Source of the DNA: an uncultured Gemmatimonadales bacterium
GTDB taxonomy: Bacteria > Gemmatimonadota > Gemmatimonadetes > Gemmatimonadales > Gemmatimonadaceae
Length of the DNA stretch: 64,000 bases
Reading direction: 5' to 3'
NCBI GenBank assembly: GCA_963793305.1
Contig: CAWBZV010000012.1
Coordinates: 160,001-224,000, forward strand
The notes below the pieces were generated by a model, which made no database searches, was not told where the DNA came from, and saw only the letters and a list, made by a program, of their open reading frames with translations. This document shows, piece after piece, positions 30,728 through 38,883 of this stretch. Position 1 is the first letter of the stretch; each line of letters starts with the position of its first letter. A program made the position numbers and the translations under genes.

Positions 30728-31838
30728 CCTTTGGCAAGATGTGCCGGAAGACATCCATGGCTCGGTGCATATCGTCCATCGTGCCGATGGAGACCCGGGC
30801 GTACGTGGTGAGCGGCGGGAACGGCCGTCCGACGAGGACGTTCTGCGCTTTGCACGCCTCCCGGAAGGCCTTCGCGTCCTGTCGCACGTCGACCATGATG
30901 AAGTTCGTGTGCGACGGGACGGACGGATACCCGAACGCGGCGAGCTCGCGTTGCGTCCACTCGCGCGCGTCCTTGTTCTTCGCGTGCTCGCGCTCGATGT
31001 GACTCTTGAGGCCCAGGCTCGCCAGCGCCGCGACGGCGCCCATCCGGTTGACGCCGATCGCCAGGCGTTGCTGGCGGATGTGCTCGAGGGTCTCGGGCTG
31101 GCCGATCGCATAGCCGACGCGGAGCCCAGCCATCCCGAAGACTTTTGAAAATGTCCTGGACACCACCACGCGCGGGTTCTGGAGCGCGAGCGGGATCATC
31201 GACGCGTACTTCGGGTCCTCGACGTACTCGTGGTACGCCTCGTCGACGAGGATGGTCGCGTCCGGCGTGTCGGCGAGAATCTTGGCGATGCACGCCTTGA
31301 CATCATCGCCCGAGTGGACCGTGCCCGTCGGGTTGTTCGGGTTGCAGAGATAGACGAGCCCGGCGCCGCGAGACGCCGTCGCCATGGCGGGCAAGTCGAG
31401 CGCTATCTCCGACGTCACTGGGACAGCCACCACCGGCGTCTTGATCCGCTGCGCATTGTTGCCGGGCGATTCGTAGCTCGGCGCGGCCGTGACGAGCGCG
31501 CGCGTGGGCGACGTGAAGCCGTACACCGCGCTCCGGATCACGTCGGTCGATCCGCACGTCAGCACGACATTGAACTCGGCCACGCCGTCAGTGTCCGCGA
31601 CCGCCCGAGTCAGCTGGGTCACGAGCTCGTCGGGATACCGCGAGGACTCGGCGGCCGCGAGCGTGATCGCCTGGATCGCTTCTTTCGCGGGACCGTTGGG
31701 ATTTTCGTTACGATCCAATCGGACCGCGCTGGCGGAGGCGGCCACCCACTCCAGCTCGGGCAGGTGCAGCGGACCGATAAGGGAGCTGGCGGCGCTGGCT
31801 CCCAGCGTGTGCACGAAGTGCCGACGGGAGAGGCTCAT
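30705..31838 (-). CDS. Class I/II PLP aminotransferase (HisC-like) with Tat-like signal
   Basis: SRRHF; NENPNGP, CNPNNPTG, DEAYHEY, RTFSKVFGMAGLRVGY. Confidence 0.88.
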   Translation of the reverse strand: MSLSRRHFVHTLGASAASSLIGPLHLPELEWVAASASAVRLDRNENPNGPAKEAIQAITLAAAESSRYPDELVTQLTRAVADTDGVAEFNVVLTCGSTDVIRSAVYGFTSPTRALVTAAPSYESPGNNAQRIKTPVVAVPVTSEIALDLPAMATASRGAGLVYLCNPNNPTGTVHSGDDVKACIAKILADTPDATILVDEAYHEYVEDPKYASMIPLALQNPRVVVSRTFSKVFGMAGLRVGYAIGQPETLEHIRQQRLAIGVNRMGAVAALASLGLKSHIEREHAKNKDAREWTQRELAAFGYPSVPSHTNFIMVDVRQDAKAFREACKAQNVLVGRPFPPLTTYARVSIGTMDDMHRAMDVFRHILPKATVSRAG

Positions 31839-31858
31839 CAGGATATCATAATACAGAT

Positions 31859-32143
31859 ATGACCGACCAGGAGTTTTATCGGATATCGAAGGCGCTGGCC
31901 GACCCCCGGCGATTTCGGGTGCTGCAGCGGATCATGGGGACGGGAGAGGAGGTGTCCTGCCAGCTGCTCCTCAAGGAATTCCCCATCGCGCCAGCGACCA
32001 TGTCCCACCACCTCAAGGAGTTGGAAACCGCTGGGGTGGTAGAGTCCCGGTTCGACGGCGTCTGCAAGTTCCTGGTGCCGCGCCCGGAGGTGATTCAGGG
32101 ATATGAGCGCGAGCTGGTCCGGCGGCTGGGAACCAAGCGCTGA
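31859..32143 (+). CDS. ArsR family regulator
   Basis: KALADPRRFRVL, ATMSHHLKELETAG. Confidence 0.88.
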   Translation: MTDQEFYRISKALADPRRFRVLQRIMGTGEEVSCQLLLKEFPIAPATMSHHLKELETAGVVESRFDGVCKFLVPRPEVIQGYERELVRRLGTKR

Positions 32144-32212
32144 CGGCCCGGCTTCTTGGTTCGTTATTTCGATAATCATAGAAGCATCGAACCCAGCAGG
32201 GGGCGGGTACTC

Positions 32213-32962
32213 ATGGGCAAGTTGTCAGGCAAAGTCGCCGTCGTAACCGGCGGCAATAGCGGGATCGGCTTGGAGACCGCGAGACGATTCGTCGCCGAGG
32301 GCGCGGATGTCTATATCACCGGACGGCGTCAGGATGCGCTGGACGAAGCCGTGAAGTCGATCGGCAAGTGCGTCACCGGCATCCAGGGCGACGTGTCGAA
32401 TCTCAAAGACCTCGATCGCCTCTACGCGACAGTAAAACAGCGATCCGGGCGCATTGATGTGCTGTTCGCCAACGCCGGCTTAGGGCAATTCGCCTCGTTC
32501 GGCGACGTCAGCGAGGAGAGCTTCGATCTCCAGTTCGACGTCAACGTGAAGGGCCTGTTCTTCACGGTCCAGAAAGCGCTGCCGCTGCTCGTCGATGGCG
32601 GGACGATCATCCTCAACGCGTCGATCGCCGGCGTGAAAGGCCTGGGCCCGGCGAGCGCGTACAACGCCACCAAGGCCGCGGTGCGGTCATTTGCCCGCAC
32701 GTGGACGAATGAGCTCAAGGACCGCCATATCCGGATCAACACCCTGAGCCCGGGCCCGATCGAGACCCCCATTTTTGGCAAGGTCGGGTTGACCGACGCG
32801 CAGATATCCGAGTTCGCGGGCAACATCGTCGGCCTGGTCCCGCTGGGTCGTATCGGCACCGCCGACGAGATCGCGAAAGCCGCGGTGTTCCTGGCGTCGG
32901 ACGACTCGAGTTTCGTTACGGGCATCGACCTGCAGGTCGATGGTGGGCTCGCCCAGGTGTAA
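32213..32962 (+). CDS. SDR family oxidoreductase
   Basis: TGGNSGIG, NAG, YNATK, PGPIETP. Confidence 0.93.
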   Translation: MGKLSGKVAVVTGGNSGIGLETARRFVAEGADVYITGRRQDALDEAVKSIGKCVTGIQGDVSNLKDLDRLYATVKQRSGRIDVLFANAGLGQFASFGDVSEESFDLQFDVNVKGLFFTVQKALPLLVDGGTIILNASIAGVKGLGPASAYNATKAAVRSFARTWTNELKDRHIRINTLSPGPIETPIFGKVGLTDAQISEFAGNIVGLVPLGRIGTADEIAKAAVFLASDDSSFVTGIDLQVDGGLAQV

Positions 32963-32975
32963 CGCCCAGGTGTAA
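32950..32975. repeat. 13-bp perfect tandem duplication spanning the SDR stop codon
   Basis: CGCCCAGGTGTAA x2. Confidence 0.85.
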
Positions 32976-32993
32976 GTAGTAACGTTAGGGGGT

Positions 32994-34626
32994 ATGCCCG
33001 ACCCCCTAGCGATGACTCCCGACGTGGTCGAGCTCGCCGAGGCGTTGAAGGATCAGTACGCCTTCGAGGGCGAGATCGGCCGCGGTGGGATGGGCGTCGT
33101 GTACCGCGCGCGAGATCTGAAGCTCGATCGCCCGGTCGCGATCAAAGTCCTGCCGCCGTACTTCGAGCGCGACCCCGCCATTCGCGAGCGGTTCCTGCGC
33201 GAGGCTCGCACCGCGGGATCGCTCTCGCACGCCAACATCGTACCGGTCTACCGCGCCGATGAATTGGGCGGCCATGTGTTCTTCGCCATGGCTTATGTCG
33301 ACGGTGAGTCGCTCGGTACTCGACTCGTCGACGGCCGCACGATCCCGCACCCGGCGCTCGTGCCACTGCTGGTCGATGTCGCTCGCGCGCTCGACTACGC
33401 GCATGCGCGCAAGGTGATCCACCGGGACGTCAAGCCCGAGAACATCTCTGATCGAGGGCACAACGGGGAGAGCCCTGCTCACGGATTTCGGGATCGCTCG
33501 CGTCGCCGCCGCGGGAGCGATGACCGCCACCGGCCAGGTCCTCGGCACGGTCTGGTACATGAGCCCCGAGCAGGTCATGGGCGAGCCGCTCGACGGACGA
33601 TCCGACCTGTACGCGCTCGGCGTCGTCGCGTTCCGCGCGCTGAGCGGGCGATTCCCGTTCGACTGCGAGGTCCCCGCGGCCATCCTCGTGGCGCACGCCA
33701 CGCGACCCGCTCCGCCCCTGAGCTCCGTCGCGCCACGCGCACCGGCGGCGCTCGCCGCCATCGTCGACAAATTGCTGTCCAAGACGCCGGCCGCGCGCTA
33801 TCGCACGGGCGCCGAGTTGGCCGACGCGCTCGAAGCGACCTCGCGCGAGCCGGTCGAGGATGCCGCGCCGTTGCCAGCGACACTGTCCGAGACCAATGCG
33901 CAGGCGCTGTGGCGACGCGCCGCGGAGCTGCAGTCCCAGACGGGGCGCGAGAGCCGGCCGCCGATCGCGACCAGCAGCCGGCCGCTCCCGACGGGCTACG
34001 CGATGCGCGATGTCTTGAGCGCGGCGGCCGAAGCGGGCATTGGCGATGAATACATGGCGCGGGCGGCCGCGGAGCTGGGGTTCGTCTCGGGACCTATCGC
34101 ATCCCCCGACATGGCGCTCACGTCGTCATATGAGAATCGCTCGCGCTTCTCGTGGTGCGGAAGACCGCGAGAGATCGCGATCGAAGCCGTCGTGCCGCGC
34201 GAGGTGCCCGACGCCGAGGTCGACGCGGTGCCGGAGTACATTCGTCACGTGCTCCGCGTGAAGGGGAGCGCGACGCGGTTCGGGCGTGCACTGACCTGGA
34301 CCTCGCGAAGCGTCAATCGCCGGATCGACGTCACGATCACCACGCGCGGCGGCAAGACGATCATTCGCGCCGACGAGCATCTGGGCAACTTCGCGAGCAG
34401 CCTGTACGGCGGTATCGTCGGTGGCGTGGGCGGCGGCGGCATCGGCGCCGCCATCGCCATCGGGATCGGGGCCATGAGCTCGCCGCAGGCCACCCTTGGC
34501 CTCGCGCTGGCTTTCGTCGTCGGCTCGTACGGGCTCGCGCGGACGATTTTTACGACGGCAGCCGAGTCGCGCGAGCGGGAGCTGAAACGCCTCGTCGAGC
34601 GCATCGCCGAGCAGCTGGGCGGCTAA
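32994..34626 (+). CDS. Hanks-type Ser/Thr kinase with C-terminal membrane domain (+1 frameshift at ~33448)
   Basis: [19 protein letters not shown](L); DFG and YMSPEQ in the next frame; Gly-rich TMs at the C-terminus. Confidence 0.9.
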
Positions 34627-34715
34627 GCGGCGCCGCACGTTAGACAGGTGACCGTAGCGTATACGGATCGTCTTTCCCGGGACAACAGTAGTCACTTGAG
34701 GAGAGATCCGGTCCG

Positions 34716-35120
34716 ATGCGCTTTTCATGGTGCGCTGCACTTCTTTCATCGTTTGCGACGGCGCTGACGGCGTCGGCGCAGGCCGCTCAGCTCGCGTCGG
34801 GTCCCGGCGCCAACGGCCAAGCCTATTTCGAATTCCAAGTGGAGAAGCCCGTGTCCGCGCGACCCGGGAATCCCCGCGCTCAATATCCGGACGATTTGCG
34901 CGCCCGCGCGCGCGGCGGTGAAGTCACCTGCCAGTTCGTGGTCGATACGACCGGCAAGGTGGACATGGGGACCTTCGAGGTAGTCAAAGCGTCCGAGGCA
35001 TCCTACGCGGCGGCGGTCAAGCGTGTGTTGCCTCAGATGCGGTATTTCCCCGCCGAAGAAGGCGGGCACAAGGTCAGGCAACTCGTCGAGCAGGACTTTC
35101 GCTTCGCCCCAGCAGAATAA
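34716..35120 (+). CDS. Stand-alone TonB C-terminal domain protein
   Basis: YFEFQVEKP, YP..LR...GEV..QFVVDTTGKVD, PAE.GG.KV.QLVEQ.F. Confidence 0.85.
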   Translation: MRFSWCAALLSSFATALTASAQAAQLASGPGANGQAYFEFQVEKPVSARPGNPRAQYPDDLRARARGGEVTCQFVVDTTGKVDMGTFEVVKASEASYAAAVKRVLPQMRYFPAEEGGHKVRQLVEQDFRFAPAE

Positions 35121-35132
35121 AAGAAGGGTAGC

Positions 35133-36999
35133 GTGAACGCGATCGTCGGTCGGTTCGCGAAGCTGAGCTTCGCGCAGAAAATCATCGTGCTTCCGGTCCT
35201 CGCCGCCGTGGCCCTCCTGGTCGTGGGCTGGTTCACGTATCGCCTCAACAGCACGAACCGCGAGCGTCTGGCCTCGATCCGAGACGGGTACTACCCGTCG
35301 GTGCAAGGCAGCCGCGGCCTCCAAGATCTCATCGTGGCGCTGCAACGCAGCAACGACGATGCGGTCACCGAGGGCAACGGGCTGCGGCTGCGGCAGTCGG
35401 ACCAGATGGCGCAGAGCTTCCAGCAAAAGTTGGCCGAGTTGCTGAAGAACCCGGTCGCCGACCACTCGGCGCTGGTGGCGATCGGCCAGGATTTCACGAA
35501 CTACACGCGCCGGGCGAGCGAGATCTCCAAGCGGCGGATCGCCGGGGATCACGGCCCTGTCGTTCTCGCGGGGCAGGATTCGGTATACGAGCAGTATACA
35601 GCCATTCGTCGGGCGCTGGGTGAGCTCACGCAGCGGGACGACAAGGCGATCACGGCCGCCTTCCTGGAGACCGAGCACCTCCAGAAGATCATGTTCACGC
35701 GCATCGCGATCGTCGGCTTCGTAGCCATCGTCGTGCTGGTGGGCGTGGCCGTGTTCTCGGTCCGCTCATTGACCCTGCCGATGAAAGAGGCCGTTCGCAC
35801 GGCCGAGGCGATCGCGCGGGGCGATATGACGGTGTCGATCAGCGTCACGCGCGACGACGAGATCGGGCAGCTGCTCAAGTCCATGCAAGCAATGGTCGCG
35901 TACCTGCACGAGATGGCGGCGGTGGCCGACCAGATCGGGCGCGGTGACCTGTCGCGGCAGGTGATCCCACGGTCCGAGGCCGATCGCTTTGGGCATGCGT
36001 TCGCCAACATGGGGGCGTATCTGCGCGACGCGGCGAAGGTGGCCGAGCGCGTCGCGGGCGGCGATCTCGCCATCCACGTCGAGCCGCGGTCGGCGGACGA
36101 TCAGCTCGGCCGGGCGTTCGCGCGCATGTCGGGGTATCTCCGCGAAATGGCGAACGTTGGGCGGGAGATTGCGGACGGGAACGTGGGCGTGCGCGTCATG
36201 CCGCGGTCGGACGCCGACAGCTTTGCGCACGCCTTTGTGGGCATGACCGAGACGCTCGCTCGCACGGCGCAATCGCTCCGTGGCTCGGCGGGAGCCATCG
36301 CCGCCGCGGCGACCCAGGTCGCCGCATCGGCCCAGACGCTCTCGGGCGGCACGCGCGACGAGACGGCGGCGGTGCAGAGTACGTTGGCTCACGTCGAGCG
36401 GATGAGCGAGATGGCCACGCGCACGGCTCGGCATGGCGCCGACCTCAAGACCATGGCGGAGCGCGATACGCGCAACATGGACGAGGGCTCCGGCGCCGTT
36501 CGTGAGACGATCGCCATGATGCGCAACATCCTCGCGCGCATCGCGGTCATCGACGAGATCGCGACCGAGACGAACGTCCTCGCGCTCAACGCCTCCATCG
36601 AGGCCGCGCGCGCGGGCGACCACGGCCGCGGCTTCGCCGTCGTCGCCACCGAGGTGCGCGCCCTGTCCGAGCGCAGCCGCCGCGCGGCCGTCGATATCCG
36701 CGAGATGGCGTCGAGCAGCGAGAAGATCACGGCCCGCTCGGGCGCGATCCTCACCGAATTGTCGCAGTCGATGGCGCAGACCATGACCATCGTCCACGAC
36801 GTCTCCGCCGCCTCGGCCGACCAATCGGCCGGGATCTCCGAGATCAGCGCCGCCATGCAGCAGGTCAACAGCGTCGCGACGCAAAACTCGAGCGCCGCCG
36901 AGGACCTTGCCGCGACGGCGCAGGAGAATGTCAGCGCAGGCCGAGGCTATGCAGGCCCTCGTCCAGTTCTTCCGCGACTCGGCTCGCGCCGCCGCCTAG
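35133..36999 (+). CDS. Methyl-accepting chemotaxis protein with poly-HAMP (+1 frameshift at ~36927 near the C-terminus)
   Basis: Two TMs, four HAMP-like repeats, [27 protein letters not shown]; corrected end [25 protein letters not shown]. Confidence 0.9.
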
Positions 37000-37009
37000 C
37001 CGCGCGCAT

Positions 37010-37082
37010 TACACAGGGCGCTTCGCGCCACCGCATACCGGCTCAACTTGCCGAGGTGCACGGTGCGCGAAGCGCCTGTGTA
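37010..37082. terminator. Long imperfect hairpin between convergent genes
   Basis: TACACAGG(G)CGCTTCGCGC(C)ACCG ... CGGTGCGCGAAGCGCCTGTGTA, ~22-bp stem. Confidence 0.65.
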
Positions 37083-37085
37083 CAT

Positions 37086-38533
37086 CTACTTCATGATCGA
37101 GATGACGACGCTGTTGGCCGGCGCCAGGATCGTCGAGTACTGCTTGTACACGTTCGAGCTCTGCAGCCACGCCATGTTGTGCGTCGCATCGCTGTAATAC
37201 GTGGTCTGCGTGGTACCAGGGAGATAACTGACCTGGATCTGCTTGGCGCTGCTCGTCGTATTCACGATCTCGACGACCGCCTGCGTCCCGTCGGGACTCG
37301 AGAACCCGAGGAGATTGACGCGCGCCGTGCACGGATTCTGGGTGCCCAGCCCGACCTGCAGATCGGGATCCGTGGTCGTCAGCCGGTTCACGTGCCATCC
37401 CGGCCGGACGGTCTGAAAGAGCTTCTGCAGCGTGTAATAGCGCGTCGAGTAGATGGGCGTCGTCGTCCCGCCGAGCAACTGCCCAAACGGCGGCGCGCCG
37501 CTGGTGGCGCTCCAGGCCATCCACCAGAACCAGTAGTTATGCGGTATGATGAGCAATGCGCACCCATGGCGCTCATCATGTCGAGCGTCCACTGCAACTC
37601 CGTGGTCCCGAGGGGATTCCCGTACTCGGTCATCCACATGTCCTTCGGATGCGCCGCGATCGCCTGCTGCGTCTGCCAAATGCTGCACTCGGCGTACGTG
37701 TGGAACGAGTACGCGCCGACCGCGTGGTCGAGGTACCCGGTCAGGGCCGGGTAGCCGAGCCCCCCGAAGTATCCGGGTGAATCCGTCGTGTAGTCGAAGT
37801 AGGTGGCCGGCGTATACTGTCCCGTCTCGGGCCCCATGAGGACGACGCTCGAGAGCCCCGCGTAGTCGAACGATCCACGCATGTCCATAATGAGCTTTTG
37901 CCACTGGGCGACCGTGTACTCGCACCCGCTGTACGGCGCGAGGTGCTGCGGTTCGTTCTGGACACTGAACGCGACCGGCAAGCCGACGCTGCTGGCCTTG
38001 AGCGCGAGCATCACCTTGGTGACGAACGCGACCAAGTACCCCTCGGCCCACGGTTGCAAGTATCCGGTCACGCCGTTGGACGACCCGAGGATCGAGCCGT
38101 TCGTCTTCCACAAGGCGGGCGGGCTCCAGACGGCGAGCACGTACGACTGGACACCGTGCGCTTTCGCGTAGGCGATCTTCGCGATGTACTGGTTGAGCAG
38201 TGTGGTGTTGAGCACCATGTTCGAGAGCGTGGACCCGCTCACGTACAACGCGGGGTCGATGGCCTCCCGAATGTGCGTGACCCCGAGTTGGTAGACGGCG
38301 GCCTGGACGCTCGGGGCGTTCCAGAACGGGTTGGCTCCGCTGCTGGGAAAGACTCCCCAGCCCTTGATCTCCTGCATGGCGGGCCAGATGAACGTCGCGG
38401 TCGCGGTGTGCGACACGTCGAATCGGGCGATCGTGCTGTTCTTTGGAGTGACCGGGTCGGTCTCGCTCGACGTACAAGCGACGGCGAACACCGCGGCCAG
38501 TGCCGCGGTGGCGTACTGCATCCTACGATACAC
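37086..38533 (-). CDS. Clan GH-A (GH30-like) glycoside hydrolase lipoprotein (-1 frameshift at ~37557)
   Basis: Lipobox AVAC; QEIKGWG, WSPP..WKTN, SVQNEP (acid/base), WMTEY (nucleophile); C-terminal beta-sandwich ending APANSVVSI-like. Confidence 0.8.
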
Positions 38534-38554
38534 GGGAAGCCTCCCAACTAGACC

Positions 38555-38660
38555 GTTCGGCGGCCCGACCAGCGTGGCGCCACCGGGCTAGCAGCCCGCC
38601 TGGCGCGGTAGCTTCGAGGCTTTGCGTCGCCGGCTTTCGCCGGGTATGCCGTTGTCGCTG
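38555..38660 (-). ncRNA. c-di-GMP-I (GEMM) riboswitch
   Basis: Minus strand reads ..CGACAAC GGCAUA CCCGGC GAAA GCCGG CGACGCAAAGCC UCGAAG CUA..hairpin..GCUGGUCGGGCCGCCGAA: GAAA tetraloop stem, GACGCAAAGC junction and 3' GCCG, ending ~10 nt before the GGGAGG RBS. Confidence 0.82.
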
Positions 38661-38883
38661 GCTCTCCCTACTAGGAGGCCACGCATGCTAAGAACTCGGC
38701 CATACTGCCGAGTCTGGCCCGGAAAACTAGTGGCGCCGTCATCGACAACAAGCGAGTGCGTCAAAGTGACCGGCAACAATTTTGTCATGTCAATGTTATC
38801 GACAACAACTGTGGACAACCTCGACAGTGGCGAAGCGACCGGCACACTGTTCCCGCTCTTGCGGAAGATCGTCTGTGCATTGA

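Noticed and set aside
36928..37754. Long C-terminal extension of the 873-aa MCP ORF
   Set aside because: Frameshift artefact running antisense through the GH30-like gene
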